Positions 9,598 to 19,573 of a DNA stretch of 64,000 bases are shown one piece after another. Where the stretch lies: assembly GCA_964350885.1 (NCBI GenBank), contig CAYGKV010000001.1, forward strand, positions 68,891 through 132,890, in the 5' to 3' direction. A program made the translations under genes and the position numbers. The DNA is from an uncultured Candidatus Saccharibacteria bacterium. GTDB taxonomy: Bacteria; Patescibacteriota; Minisyncoccia; Phycocordibacterales; UBA2100. The notes below the pieces were generated by a model that worked only from the letters and a program-made list of their open reading frames with translations, did no database searches and had not been told where the DNA came from. Within the stretch, counting starts at the first letter, position 1. The number at the start of each line of letters is the position of its first letter.

Positions 9598-10782
9598 TTG
9601 TTATACTTAATCGCAATGTTTGGCATTTCTTCCGGGCACAAGCGGGTTAAAAATGTCGTGGTTGTCGATATTGGCAGCACGAGTGCAGCTGTTGCGATTA
9701 TCGCATTGCATGGAAGCGAGCCTGCGACCGTGATTGCTGCAGAGCGCTTGCAACTTCCCCTTGAAGAGCGTACGCAAGAGGCGACGATGATTGGCGTAGG
9801 CGGAGTGTTAAAAACAGCGGGCGAGAACGTTCAAAAGAAATTTGTGGCCAGCAATCAGAAAAAGAACGTCGCGATACACGGGGTGTCAGTGATCGTGCAC
9901 ACGCCGTGGTGTAATTCCAAGACGTCTCGGATGAACGCGGTGTTTGAAAAAGACACCGTGATCACTGGCAAAATAATCTCAGACCTTGCCCAAAAGGCGC
10001 TCAAGAGCCAAGGTGTGGATACGAAGAATCTTCTTGAAGCAAATGTGATTCGAGTCGAACTGAATGGATACCCTTCAGGAAAACCAATCGGGAAGCGCGC
10101 GAGAGAAGTGGTTGTACACGTGCTCTCAAGTGATTTTGCTTCCGGTATGCGCAGTACACTTGAAGAGGCGCTGCAAAGTATATTCCCACACTCAGCGCCA
10201 GTATTTCGTTCTGCGACACGAGTCGCAATTACCGTACTCAACGAGGAGGACAATCCGATTCACGACTATCTATTGGTGGATGTTGAAAGCGAAGGAACGA
10301 CGTTCACGGCTGTGCATAGTGGAGTACCTACAGGGCACGAAATTGCCCCGCTCGGAGTGCAGACTATCGTAAAAAAGATATCGGGACCCGGTTTGCCTGA
10401 AGATACATTGAGTCAATTTCGTATGCTCGCGAAAGATCAATGCTCTGACCCGGCTTGCGAAGATATCAAGGCATCGATCGCTCGCGCCGAGCCAGAGATC
10501 GTTCGCATCTTCGGTGAGGCAATGAGTAAATCTGCCACGCCTCGCCGATTACCCGATGCACTAATCCTTATGACGCATCCGGATATGTTCTCCTGGCTGT
10601 CCAATCTCTTCTCTAGAATCGATTTTGCACAATTCACCTTAACAACCCAACCGTTTATGTTGAGGAAACTGCATATGCAGGATCTTGACGCCGTATCTCA
10701 AGGAAAAATGGGTATTGTTGAAGATTCGGGGCTCGCACTGGGCATTCAATTTGCTTGCATTGAACAAACGATGTTAAAATAG
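9598..10782 (+). CDS. actin-like (ASKHA) ATPase domain protein, FtsA/PilM-like
   Basis: VVVVDIGSTSAAVAII phosphate-1 motif of the actin/Hsp70 fold. The true start is probably ATG 9616. Function uncertain. Confidence 0.4.
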   Translation: MLYLIAMFGISSGHKRVKNVVVVDIGSTSAAVAIIALHGSEPATVIAAERLQLPLEERTQEATMIGVGGVLKTAGENVQKKFVASNQKKNVAIHGVSVIVHTPWCNSKTSRMNAVFEKDTVITGKIISDLAQKALKSQGVDTKNLLEANVIRVELNGYPSGKPIGKRAREVVVHVLSSDFASGMRSTLEEALQSIFPHSAPVFRSATRVAITVLNEEDNPIHDYLLVDVESEGTTFTAVHSGVPTGHEIAPLGVQTIVKKISGPGLPEDTLSQFRMLAKDQCSDPACEDIKASIARAEPEIVRIFGEAMSKSATPRRLPDALILMTHPDMFSWLSNLFSRIDFAQFTLTTQPFMLRKLHMQDLDAVSQGKMGIVEDSGLALGIQFACIEQTMLK

Positions 10783-10783
10783 T

Positions 10784-12151
10784 TTGATATACTTATCGCG
10801 TATGGCCAAGGATTATTTTCAAGATATCGTGCCGCCCGATGGAGGAGATGTGGAACAACATATCCCGATTCATACTAACGAAGACGCTCCGCCAACCCGG
10901 AGCATACGCAATATTTCTGCGCCGCAACGTCATCGCCCCTACTCGGGTGCGCAGAATGCACGCGTTCCCGACGACATGCATGAGACTAGCCACAACTCAC
11001 CACGCCGCCGCACATCGCGCGTGTGGATATGGGTGATTGCTGCGCTGTTTCTCGTGATCCTCGGAGGACTCGCGCTTCTCGCTCTTCGTCCCACTACGGT
11101 CTCAGTGATTCCAAAGAGTCGTCCGGCTACACTTTCCGATTCTGCTTTTTTTGTTGCGCGGCCCGTAACTTCAATTTCTACTTCTTCCGGATTCCTGTCC
11201 TATACCGTGCAAACCGTCGAAATCGAAGATTCAGAGGTCGTACCTTCGGCAGGGACAGTTCGTGTGGAAACCAAAGCATCAGGCAGTATTACGGTGTACA
11301 ACAACTATTCCTCGACACCTGTTCGCTTGCTCAAAAACACTCGTTTTGAAACACCTGAAGGGTTGGTTTTCAGGACCCCTGCGGAAATCGTTATACCAGG
11401 AAAAGGTGCCCAACCAGGAGAAGTCAAGGTTACCGTGATCGCTGATAAGGCGGGGGAGGGATACAACGTCGGCCCCGTATCACGCTTCACGTTACCCGGA
11501 CTCAAATCGGGGGCTATGTACACGCAGGTCTATGCCAAATCAAGCGCCGCCATGACGGGTGGATTCATCGGAGATCAGCCTGGTACAGCGCCGGGAGCAG
11601 TAAACGCCGCCATCTCCGCCGTTCGAGCGCGATTGGAGACGAAGTCGAGAGAAGCGCCCATAAACTCTATTGATGGCACAATCATCTTCCCGAGCCTCAT
11701 TTCGATTACATTTCAATCACTCCCCAATACCGTGGAAGCGGGCGCGGGCGTACGGATCCATGAAAAAGCCATCATCAGAATTCCACTTCTCTCTCTCGAC
11801 TCTTTAGCAGACGAAGTCGCTCGATTATCTGGCGAGTCAAGCGGTACGTCGATAGTATTAGAACCCGGAAAAGACTTCTCTGCCCGATCCGCGAGTACCA
11901 GCGTGCCTAACCTTGGGGTCGATAACCTCACTTTTTCTCTTGCAGGTACAGCCAACCTCGTGTGGCAGGTAGATGCCTCGGCCATTGCTGAGGCACTAAA
12001 AGGACGCGAGAGCGCTTCTTTTCAGACCATCGTCAACACCTTCGCGGGTGTCCAAGAGGCTCGCGCTAAGATCCAACCGTTTTGGAAGAAGTCGTTTCCG
12101 GCAAATGCCTCTGACATCAAAGTCGTGATTGTCGAACCTCAGACAAAGTAA
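10784..12151 (+). CDS. single-pass membrane protein, large extracytoplasmic domain
   Basis: TM helix RVWIWVIAALFLVILGGLALLAL after an ~85-aa basic N-terminal region. No known motif. Follows the actin-like ATPase. Confidence 0.4.
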   Translation: MIYLSRMAKDYFQDIVPPDGGDVEQHIPIHTNEDAPPTRSIRNISAPQRHRPYSGAQNARVPDDMHETSHNSPRRRTSRVWIWVIAALFLVILGGLALLALRPTTVSVIPKSRPATLSDSAFFVARPVTSISTSSGFLSYTVQTVEIEDSEVVPSAGTVRVETKASGSITVYNNYSSTPVRLLKNTRFETPEGLVFRTPAEIVIPGKGAQPGEVKVTVIADKAGEGYNVGPVSRFTLPGLKSGAMYTQVYAKSSAAMTGGFIGDQPGTAPGAVNAAISAVRARLETKSREAPINSIDGTIIFPSLISITFQSLPNTVEAGAGVRIHEKAIIRIPLLSLDSLADEVARLSGESSGTSIVLEPGKDFSARSASTSVPNLGVDNLTFSLAGTANLVWQVDASAIAEALKGRESASFQTIVNTFAGVQEARAKIQPFWKKSFPANASDIKVVIVEPQTK

Positions 12152-12161
12152 AGGTTTGAAT

Positions 12162-12190
12162 TTGACTAATCAAATCCTAACTGCTATATT
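12162..12190 (+). promoter_or_regulatory. sigma70-like promoter of the infA-r-protein-rpoA operon
   Basis: TTGACT, a 17-nt spacer, then TATATT, about 12 nt upstream of the infA ATG. Confidence 0.5.
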
Positions 12191-12202
12191 TCTCTGGCAG
12201 AT

Positions 12203-12409
12203 ATGTCCGAACTAGAGGTTGTCATGGGTGTTGTCGATGAGGCACTTCCCAACACCCTTTTTCGAGTAAAGCTCGAGGATGGCGAGATGGTTCTCGCGTA
12301 CCTTGCTGGAAAGATGCGTCTGCACAGGATAAAAGTACTCGTCGGTGATCGCGTAGAAGTTCGCTTGGACCCCTACGGAGGCCGAGCGCGTATCACAAGA
12401 CGTTTATAA
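12203..12409 (+). CDS. infA: translation initiation factor IF-1
   Basis: 68 aa S1-like OB fold, GKMRLHRIKVLVGDRV. Confidence 0.9.
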   Translation: MSELEVVMGVVDEALPNTLFRVKLEDGEMVLAYLAGKMRLHRIKVLVGDRVEVRLDPYGGRARITRRL

Positions 12410-12471
12410 AACTCTTGATCCAAAAGTTTTGTCGGAGAAGTTTTTTGCGTTGCTAACTATTTCTAAATCAC

Positions 12472-12585
12472 ATGAAGGTAAAGTCTTCCGTAAAAAAGAT
12501 TTGCACGCATTGTGCCATGGTGAAGCGCCGTGGACGACTGTGGGTTATCTGTAAGAATCCAAGGCATAAACAACGACAAGGTTAA
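12472..12585 (+). CDS. rpmJ: 50S ribosomal protein L36
   Basis: Manual translation [37 protein letters not shown] (37 aa, C-x2-C...C-x-N zinc ribbon). Absent from the ORF track because it is under 60 aa. Confidence 0.85.
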   Translation: MKVKSSVKKICTHCAMVKRRGRLWVICKNPRHKQRQG

Positions 12586-12596
12586 TTACATATATC

Positions 12597-12977
12597 ATGC
12601 GTATTTCAGGCATCACCATACCAGAAGAAAAACGTCTCGAAATCGGGCTTACTTCTATTTATGGGGTTGGCCGTCCTCGTGCTGAGACGATCCTACGATC
12701 GCTCGGGATCGATGCAGGAAAACGCCCCAAGGACCTCTCTGCAAAGGAAGAGGCGACGCTTCGCGAGGCAATAGAGAAATTTCCTCTCGAAGGCGAATTG
12801 CGACGTGAGATCAGTGCAAATATCCGACGTCTCAAGGACATCAAGTCGTACCGAGGAAGTCGCCACGCCAAACACCTTCCGGCTCGAGGGCAGCACACGA
12901 AGACCAACTCTCGCACCGTGCGTGGTAACGTACGAAAGACCATGACGAGCGGTCGCCGTAAGCTTGAAAAAACATAA
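12597..12977 (+). CDS. rpsM: 30S ribosomal protein S13
   Basis: MRISGITIPEEKRLEIGLTSIYGVG signature. Confidence 0.9.
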   Translation: MRISGITIPEEKRLEIGLTSIYGVGRPRAETILRSLGIDAGKRPKDLSAKEEATLREAIEKFPLEGELRREISANIRRLKDIKSYRGSRHAKHLPARGQHTKTNSRTVRGNVRKTMTSGRRKLEKT

Positions 12978-12980
12978 TAT

Positions 12981-13415
12981 ATGGGTAAAAAACGAATCAT
13001 CAGAAAATCGGGAGGTTCAGTCGATCAGGGGCTCAAATCCCGCTCTCTTGCTCGCGTCGCGAAGAAAAATATCGTGGCTGGTACGTTGCATATTCATGCA
13101 ACCTACAACAACACCAAGGTCCTTCTTACCGACAAAGGGGGCAACGCGGTTGCATGGTCATCCTCAGGAGCGCTCGGCTTTGCAGGCGCAAAGAAGGGAA
13201 CGCCGTTTGCGGCAGCAAAAGTGGGTGAAATTGTCGGCGATAAGGCCGTTATCATCGGCGTGAAGGAGGTGGATGTGGTCATCCGCGGTGTAGGCGCCGG
13301 CCGTGAGTCCGCACTCAGAGGATTCGCTGGTAAGGGAATTGAAGTCTCACGCATTGCCGATGACACACCGATACCTCATAATGGCCCGCGACCACCAAAG
13401 CCTCGTCGTATCTAA
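12981..13415 (+). CDS. rpsK: 30S ribosomal protein S11
   Basis: GTLHIHATYNNTKVLLTD...GALGFAGAKKGTPFAA signature. Confidence 0.9.
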   Translation: MGKKRIIRKSGGSVDQGLKSRSLARVAKKNIVAGTLHIHATYNNTKVLLTDKGGNAVAWSSSGALGFAGAKKGTPFAAAKVGEIVGDKAVIIGVKEVDVVIRGVGAGRESALRGFAGKGIEVSRIADDTPIPHNGPRPPKPRRI

Positions 13416-13420
13416 ATCGT

Positions 13421-14038
13421 ATGCTTCTCATCAAATCAAAATACAAGATCGCGAAACGTCTCGGCGCTGCCGTTTTCGAAAAGACCCAGACGCAAAAATT
13501 CGCACTCTCTGAAGCGCGCACGCCTCCCAAGAAAACGCGCGGAGGACGCGGCGGCGGGAGTGATTACGGTCGTCAGCTTTTGGAAAAGCAGCGTGTTCGT
13601 TTTACATACGGTATTTCAGAAGGTCAATTGTCTCGATACGCAGAAGCCGCGTTTGCAGAGCCAGATCCATCATCGAGCCTCCATCGCGCCCTCGAAATGC
13701 GTGCTGATTCTGCACTCTATCGCGCAGGATTTGCTTCGACGCGACGCGCAGCCCGGCAGATCGTTTCTCACGGCCACATCACGATAAACGGCAAGCGCAT
13801 CACCACGCCTTCGTATCGCGTGAAGGTCGGAGATGTGATCGGCATTCGAGAGGGAAGCCGCCAAAGCTCCTTGTTCACGATTTTGAAGGAAAAAAATGAA
13901 GAGAGCGTTCGGTCGGTGCCATCGTGGCTCAAAGTAGATCGAGAGGCTCTTCAGGCGACTGTCGAGAACGAGCCTGCGTACAGCACAATCGAATCTGGGC
14001 TCGTATATTCGACGCTGTTTGAGTTCTACAGCAGATAA
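13421..14038 (+). CDS. rpsD: 30S ribosomal protein S4
   Basis: SKYKIAKRLG N-terminus and S4 RNA-binding domain (HGHITINGKRITTPSYRVKVGDVI). Confidence 0.9.
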   Translation: MLLIKSKYKIAKRLGAAVFEKTQTQKFALSEARTPPKKTRGGRGGGSDYGRQLLEKQRVRFTYGISEGQLSRYAEAAFAEPDPSSSLHRALEMRADSALYRAGFASTRRAARQIVSHGHITINGKRITTPSYRVKVGDVIGIREGSRQSSLFTILKEKNEESVRSVPSWLKVDREALQATVENEPAYSTIESGLVYSTLFEFYSR

Positions 14039-14105
14039 TGGTATACTGGTCCCCACTTTTACGTCCGAAGGTATTTTTTATTTACTAGAGCCTATTAGCT
14101 AACAT

Positions 14106-15092
14106 TTGTCTATTATGTCCGACTACCATATTGCCCTTCCCAGTAAGCCACGCGTTGTCTCTGAATCTGAGAGAAACGGCACGTACGAAATCGACGGCCT
14201 CTACCCGGGGTATGGTTTTACTTTGGGCAACTCACTTCGACGCATCATCCTCTCCTCACTCCCGGGAGCTGCTGTGACACACGTAAAGATCCCCGGTATC
14301 TCTCACGAGTTTTCTACGATTGAAGGGGTCAAAGAGGATGTCGTGATGATCCTTCTCAACATACGAAAAATTCGCTTGAAGCTTCTAACAGACGAACCGC
14401 AGACGATCACGCTCTCGATCAAGGGCCCCAAAGAAGCAACAGCCGCCGATCTCAAAATGGGAGGGCAGGTGGAAGTTCTAAATCCCGAGCAGCGCATCGC
14501 CGATGTCACGGGAAAAAAGAATTTCGAGATCGAGCTGCGCGCAGAGCGCGGGCTAGGGTACATACCAAAAGAATCTCATCAAAAAGAGCGCGTCGAGGTC
14601 GGTACGATTGCATTGGACGCGATTTTCTCTCCCATTCGACGAGTGAATTACGAAGTCGAAAACATGCGTGTCGGTGATCGTACAGATTTCAATCGCCTTC
14701 GCATCGTCATCGAGACAGACGGCACTATTGCGCCAAGAGAGGCGCTTGAACGCGCGATCGAGACGATGATCCACCAGCTTCGAGCGGTCGTGGGGTTCAA
14801 AGAAGATGAAGTGCCTGAATCCGATATGGGAACCTCTGAGGCACGCACGGGATCTCGCGATGAGAAAGCTGCGACACTCGATGCCGAGGTTCTCAAAACA
14901 CGAATCACCGAACTCAACCTCCCGGAGCGCGTCGAAGCAGCTCTCGACAATGCTTCCATCCGCACCGTCGGCGGGTTGGTACGCAAGCGAGAAGACGACC
15001 TTTTGGGAATCGAAGGTTTGGGTCAAAAAGGCCTGCAAGACATCAAACGTGCACTCTCCAACATGGGTCTCACGCTACGCACCGATAAATAA
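14106..15092 (+). CDS. rpoA: DNA-directed RNA polymerase alpha subunit
   Basis: GYGFTLGNSLRRIILSSLPGAAVT N-terminal domain and C-terminal domain (LPERVEAALDNASIRTVGGL). Confidence 0.9.
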   Translation: MSIMSDYHIALPSKPRVVSESERNGTYEIDGLYPGYGFTLGNSLRRIILSSLPGAAVTHVKIPGISHEFSTIEGVKEDVVMILLNIRKIRLKLLTDEPQTITLSIKGPKEATAADLKMGGQVEVLNPEQRIADVTGKKNFEIELRAERGLGYIPKESHQKERVEVGTIALDAIFSPIRRVNYEVENMRVGDRTDFNRLRIVIETDGTIAPREALERAIETMIHQLRAVVGFKEDEVPESDMGTSEARTGSRDEKAATLDAEVLKTRITELNLPERVEAALDNASIRTVGGLVRKREDDLLGIEGLGQKGLQDIKRALSNMGLTLRTDK

Positions 15093-15118
15093 GAATCCGA
15101 AATTGTACAAACCTTGGT

Positions 15119-15475
15119 ATGCAGCATCACAAACGCAACAGAAAATTGGGACGAGAGAAAGGGCAGCGCATGGCACTCCTTCGCTCTCTCGCTCGTTCGC
15201 TTGTTTTGAAAGATGGGATCACGACGACCGTTGCGAAGGCGAAAGAACTGCGACCGTTTATCGAACGACTCATAACGACCAGTAAGCAAAATTCACTTGC
15301 GTCCCGTCGCATCGTTACCACTCGCATGGGCGGCTCGACCGAGATCGCAAAGAAACTTCACGAAATCTCTGCAGAACGATTCGCCAAACGCGCCGGGGGA
15401 TATACGCGCATCGTCCGTCTTGGCCGTGTAGGAAAGCGAGTAGGCGAGGCCGCGCGCATAGAATTCGTTAAATAA
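15119..15475 (+). CDS. rplQ: 50S ribosomal protein L17
   Basis: HKRNRKLGREKGQRMALLRSLARSL signature. Confidence 0.9.
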   Translation: MQHHKRNRKLGREKGQRMALLRSLARSLVLKDGITTTVAKAKELRPFIERLITTSKQNSLASRRIVTTRMGGSTEIAKKLHEISAERFAKRAGGYTRIVRLGRVGKRVGEAARIEFVK

Positions 15476-15478
15476 GAT

Positions 15479-15835
15479 ATGGATACAAAACACACACATG
15501 CCATTGATGCCGCTGGGCGCACGCTCGGTCGCGTGGCTTCTGAAGCCGCGAAAGCTCTGATGGGCAAAACACAAGTGAATTACACGCCCAACAAAAATTC
15601 GGGAATAAAAGTGAATATCACCAACGCCGGAAAAATGTACATCCGTGAAGCCAAGCGCAGGCAAAAAGTGTATACCAGCTACTCGGGGTTCCCGGGCGGC
15701 CAAAAACGAGAAAGCCTCGCGTCATTGTCTGCGCGGAAGGGTAACGCCGAAGCAATCAGACGCGCCGTCGCGCGCATGCTCCCGCGCAACACGATGCACA
15801 CGCCACGAATGAAAAGCTTACTCATCAGCGAATAA
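15479..15835 (+). CDS. rplM: 50S ribosomal protein L13
   Basis: IDAAGRTLGRVASEAAKALMGK signature. Confidence 0.9.
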   Translation: MDTKHTHAIDAAGRTLGRVASEAAKALMGKTQVNYTPNKNSGIKVNITNAGKMYIREAKRRQKVYTSYSGFPGGQKRESLASLSARKGNAEAIRRAVARMLPRNTMHTPRMKSLLISE

Positions 15836-15842
15836 TTTTTAT

Positions 15843-16238
15843 ATGGTAAAAGACAAAGGATATACAGAAGGGATCGGCCGCCGCAAGACAGCGACCGCCC
15901 GCGTACGAATCACTGAGGCAAAGAGTGCCTCCATGGTCGTAAACGGCAAGACCGCCGAAGAATATTTCCCGCTCGCACAGATGGTCTCGACCGCTTTTTC
16001 TCCACTCAAAATTCTTGGCGCTTCGTATGCCGTCTCGGTAAAAGTGAACGGGGGAGGTCATAAGGCTCAGGCAGATGCCGTCCGGCACGGTCTTTCCCGC
16101 GCAATCATCGAGCTTGTGCCAGAGCAGCGCAAAGACCTCAAAGTTCGAGGATTTCTCAAGCGCGACCCGCGTGCAAAAGAACGCAAAAAGTTTGGTCTCA
16201 AAGCCGCGCGCCGCGCGCCGCAGTGGTCGAAGCGCTAG
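15843..16238 (+). CDS. rpsI: 30S ribosomal protein S9
   Basis: GRRKTATARV...GGGHKAQADAVRHGLSRAI...KKFGLKAARRAPQWSKR signature. Confidence 0.9.
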   Translation: MVKDKGYTEGIGRRKTATARVRITEAKSASMVVNGKTAEEYFPLAQMVSTAFSPLKILGASYAVSVKVNGGGHKAQADAVRHGLSRAIIELVPEQRKDLKVRGFLKRDPRAKERKKFGLKAARRAPQWSKR

Positions 16239-16270
16239 AAAAAGCAAACTGCTTTGCTTTTTCTAGCGCT
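16231..16270 (+). terminator. palindromic hairpin/terminator after rpsI
   Basis: AGCGCTAGAAAAAGCAAA-CTG-CTTTGCTTTTTCTAGCGCT perfect 40-nt palindrome. The inner hairpin is followed by T5. Overlaps the rpsI stop. Confidence 0.55.
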
Positions 16271-16396
16271 TCGACGGTCGGAGCGATGTTTCGCCAGTAG
16301 GCGAAACCGCGAGGCGGGGTCGCGACCGAGCCGTGCTGGCACGGCGAGAGTTGTGACGGAAACGCTAGGGTTGTTTTAAAAACTTTAAAATTTAAA

Positions 16397-16422
16397 GGGT
16401 CAGCGGTACGTGTCGCTGACCC
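16397..16422 (-). terminator. rho-independent terminator for the minus-strand secreted-protein gene
   Basis: GGGTCAGCG-gtacgtgt-CGCTGACCC hairpin. On the minus strand it is followed by TTTAAATTTTAAAGTTTTT. Confidence 0.55.
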
Positions 16423-16447
16423 TTCCTTCGCTAACCATGCGAGATGG

Positions 16448-16945
16448 TTAACGCTTGCCCCCCTCCTCCTTTCCCCTTTTCCTGTAGTCGCCGACTAGCC
16501 TACTCAGGTTGGGAAATCCCGGGGAACGGATATCTGCGATCTCGCACCCCTTCCCCGACATTATGATGGTGACATTTCTTGTCGTCCCATCCTTAAGCGT
16601 TACGAACGCGTGGATTCCGTCATCCTTCCACTTGAAGGTCGCCCCCGCGTAGGTGGCCAGCTCTCTTGAGAGAGCAATGACGACTTCCCGGGTATGCTTG
16701 ATCTGCTTTTTCTGCTCCTCCTTGTTCATTTTCCCCCACTTATTGCCTCCCACGCCAAGCTTCGCCAATTCTTCGCCGAAGTAGGTCCTAGAAAGTTTGC
16801 GTAACTCGGACCAGTCCAGGGGATCAAGTGCGGCCGCGGCCGCGTTTGCCCCATCAACAATGCACTGATTCCCGGCATACGCCGGGATCGGCGCAAGAAT
16901 CAGCACTAGCACTAGAGAAAATATCAAGGCGCGAATCAGTGTCAT
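16448..16945 (-). CDS. hypothetical secreted protein
   Basis: Signal peptide MTLIRALIFSLVLVLILAPIPAYA (start taken at ATG 16945). No recognisable domain. Confidence 0.45.
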   Translation of the reverse strand: MTLIRALIFSLVLVLILAPIPAYAGNQCIVDGANAAAAALDPLDWSELRKLSRTYFGEELAKLGVGGNKWGKMNKEEQKKQIKHTREVVIALSRELATYAGATFKWKDDGIHAFVTLKDGTTRNVTIIMSGKGCEIADIRSPGFPNLSRLVGDYRKRGKEEGGKR

Positions 16946-17019
16946 CGGGGTTCCTCCCACTAAGTTGTCTGGACAAACGATACGATAGTTAAGACAAAAA
17001 GTCAAAACAGCCCGAGAAG

Positions 17020-17048
17020 CTCTGCCGAAAAGACAGTTATGCTATAAT
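17020..17048 (+). promoter_or_regulatory. candidate extended -10 promoter upstream of grpE
   Basis: TGCTATAAT (TGnTATAAT) ending 10 nt before the grpE ATG. Weak -35. No CIRCE element seen. Confidence 0.35.
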
Positions 17049-17057
17049 ACTCGTCGC

Positions 17058-17630
17058 ATGAAAAGTGAGGACGAAAAAGAATATAGCGCGCATGATGTTG
17101 ATTTTGAACCCATGACTGCGCAGACAGGAGAGGAGGAGCTTGGGGACCTTGGCGCTGCACAAGCAAAAATAAAAAAATTGAAAGAAGAACTTGCGAAAAT
17201 CAAGCAGGAACGGCAAGAATATCTCGATGGCTGGCAGCGATGTAAGGCTGATTCGGTGAATGCTCGCAAAGAAATGATGGCAAACGCCGATCGGATGGCC
17301 GCACGGGGTAAAGAATCTATTATTGAAGATCTGATACCCTCTCTGGATGGTTTCGATCTGGCAGCAGGGTCTACTGCATGGGAGAAAGTAGATGTCCAAT
17401 GGCGCAGCGGGATCGATCAGATTCGCAATCAAATTATCGATGTATTGTCGCGTAACGGAGTGGAGCGCTTTGGGAAGGTTGGCGATTCATTTGATCACGC
17501 GCTCCATGATCTCGTCGAGGAGCGTGATGATGGAGGAGGAGAATCGGGGACTATTGCACGAATCATACGTTACGGTTATAAATTTGGTGAGAGAGTTATC
17601 CGTCCCGCACAAGTAATAACAAAAAAATAA
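17058..17630 (+). CDS. grpE: nucleotide exchange factor GrpE
   Basis: Coiled-coil N-terminus, RLQAEFENYRKR-like region ([14 protein letters not shown]) and C-terminal beta domain. Precedes dnaK. Confidence 0.85.
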   Translation: MKSEDEKEYSAHDVDFEPMTAQTGEEELGDLGAAQAKIKKLKEELAKIKQERQEYLDGWQRCKADSVNARKEMMANADRMAARGKESIIEDLIPSLDGFDLAAGSTAWEKVDVQWRSGIDQIRNQIIDVLSRNGVERFGKVGDSFDHALHDLVEERDDGGGESGTIARIIRYGYKFGERVIRPAQVITKK

Positions 17631-17631
17631 T

Positions 17632-19509
17632 ATGTCAAAAATACTCGGAATTGATCTCGGTACTACGAATTCGGCAATGTCGATCGTGCGTGGTGGCGAG
17701 CCTGAGATCATTGAGAATGCTGAGGGCGCGCGCACCACGCCTTCGGCAGTGGCTATTTCAAAAACAGGAGAGCGCTTGGTGGGTTTACTCGCCAAACGAC
17801 AGGCAGTCACGAATCCAAAAAACACGGTGTATCAAATAAAGCGCTTTATCGGACATTCATTTGACGAGGCGGCAGTACAAAAAGATCGCGCTGCCGTGCC
17901 CTTTGAGACACAAAAATCAGTAAATGGCGGCATCGAGGTGAAGATGGCCGACAAGTGGTACCGACCGGAGGAAATTTCGGCCATGATCCTCCAAAAGTTG
18001 AAGCAGGACGCGGAGGCGCGATTGGGAGAGACGATTACTGAGGCGGTCATTACCGTGCCGGCGTATTTCAACGACGCTCAGCGACAAGCCACGAAAGACG
18101 CGGGCAAGATCGCGGGACTCGATGTAAAGCGCATCATCAACGAGCCGACCGCGGCGGCGCTCGCCTATGGATTTAATAAAAAGAAAAACGAAAAAATTGT
18201 TGTATTCGACTTTGGAGGCGGCACGTTTGATATCTCTGTGCTCGAAGTGGGGGGCGACGTGATCGAGGTGCGCGCGACGGATGGAGATGCGCACTTGGGC
18301 GGTAAGGATATCGACCAAAAGATAATGAGCTGGATCGCCGACGAATTCAAAAAAGAATCGGGTATTGATGTACGCAACGACTCATTGGCGCGACAACGGC
18401 TCGATGAAGCTGCGGAGAAAGCAAAGATCGAACTCTCGACGGCGCTTGAATCAGAAATCAACATCCCCTTCATTACATCAACTGACGCGGGGCCGCAACA
18501 CCTCCTCGTCAAGATGACCCGCGCAAAACTCGAAGAACTCTCTCGAGAATTCCTGGATCGCGCCATGAGCATCACCAAACGGGCGATGGAAGCCTCGCCC
18601 TTCAAGGTGGGGGACATCCACGAAGTCGTTCTCGTAGGAGGTCAGACGCGCATGCCAACTATGCAAAAAGCGGTAGAAGAATTTTTCGGTAAGAAGCCAA
18701 ACTTAAGCGTAAACCCCGATGAGGTCGTTGCGATCGGCGCTGCGATCCAGGGCGGAATCCTCCAAGGCGATGTGAAAGACGTACTTCTGCTCGACGTAAT
18801 CCCTCTTTCACTCGGCATTGAAACTATGGGGGGAGTCGCCACAAAACTCATCGAGCGCAATACGACTATCCCTACGTCACGTTCACAGACATTCTCTACC
18901 GCTTCCGACAACCAACCTTCGGTCGAGATCCACGTCGTGCAAGGAGAGCGCCCGATGGCAGGCGACAACAAATCTCTTGGGCGATTCAATCTCGACGGTA
19001 TTCCGCCGGCACCACGCGGAATGCCGCAAGTCGAAGTCTCTTTCGATATCGATGCAAACGGCATCCTTTCGGTGAAAGCAAAAGATAAGTCATCCGGTAA
19101 AGAGCAGTCCATTCGCATCGAAGCTTCTTCCGGTCTCTCAGATGCGGAGGTAGAGAAAATGCGAAAAGACGCAGAAATGAACGCCGAAGCCGATAAGAAA
19201 AAGCAAGAGCTCGTGGAGACGCAAAACGGAGCAGACCAGACCGTCTATGCAGCCGAAAAAGCTCTCAAAGAGCACGGCGATAAGGTGAGTGAGGAGATAC
19301 GGAAAAACGTGCAAGAAAAGATCGACGCACTCAAATCAGCTCGTGCAGGGACCGATACGGCCGCTATCAAATCCTCAGCTGACGCTCTTTCCACCGCGAT
19401 GAGCTCGATTGGCGAAGCGATGTCCAAGAATCAACAAACCCCACCTCCAAGCGATCAGAAACCACCAGAAGAGCCACCACAGGAGGGAGGAGGGACTTCG
19501 AAAGAATAA
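17632..19509 (+). CDS. dnaK: molecular chaperone DnaK (Hsp70)
   Basis: [30 protein letters not shown] signatures. 625 aa. Confidence 0.95.
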   Translation: MSKILGIDLGTTNSAMSIVRGGEPEIIENAEGARTTPSAVAISKTGERLVGLLAKRQAVTNPKNTVYQIKRFIGHSFDEAAVQKDRAAVPFETQKSVNGGIEVKMADKWYRPEEISAMILQKLKQDAEARLGETITEAVITVPAYFNDAQRQATKDAGKIAGLDVKRIINEPTAAALAYGFNKKKNEKIVVFDFGGGTFDISVLEVGGDVIEVRATDGDAHLGGKDIDQKIMSWIADEFKKESGIDVRNDSLARQRLDEAAEKAKIELSTALESEINIPFITSTDAGPQHLLVKMTRAKLEELSREFLDRAMSITKRAMEASPFKVGDIHEVVLVGGQTRMPTMQKAVEEFFGKKPNLSVNPDEVVAIGAAIQGGILQGDVKDVLLLDVIPLSLGIETMGGVATKLIERNTTIPTSRSQTFSTASDNQPSVEIHVVQGERPMAGDNKSLGRFNLDGIPPAPRGMPQVEVSFDIDANGILSVKAKDKSSGKEQSIRIEASSGLSDAEVEKMRKDAEMNAEADKKKQELVETQNGADQTVYAAEKALKEHGDKVSEEIRKNVQEKIDALKSARAGTDTAAIKSSADALSTAMSSIGEAMSKNQQTPPPSDQKPPEEPPQEGGGTSKE

Positions 19510-19573
19510 GCAGGAGAGTGGGCGACATGTGCGCAAACTTGCGTCTCATCAGGCGCGCTCTATAATCAACACT

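Noticed and set aside
12659-13000. Numerous antisense/overlapping ORFs in the six-frame track inside ribosomal-protein, aaRS, dnaK, leuS and atp genes
   Set aside because: They overlap well-supported conserved genes on the opposite strand or in an alternative frame, are GC-skew artefacts of high-GC coding DNA, and have no recognisable motifs.
16990-17057. CIRCE/HrcA operator upstream of grpE-dnaK-dnaJ
   Set aside because: No TTAGCACTC-N9-GAGTGCTAA inverted repeat present; only an extended -10 element was seen.
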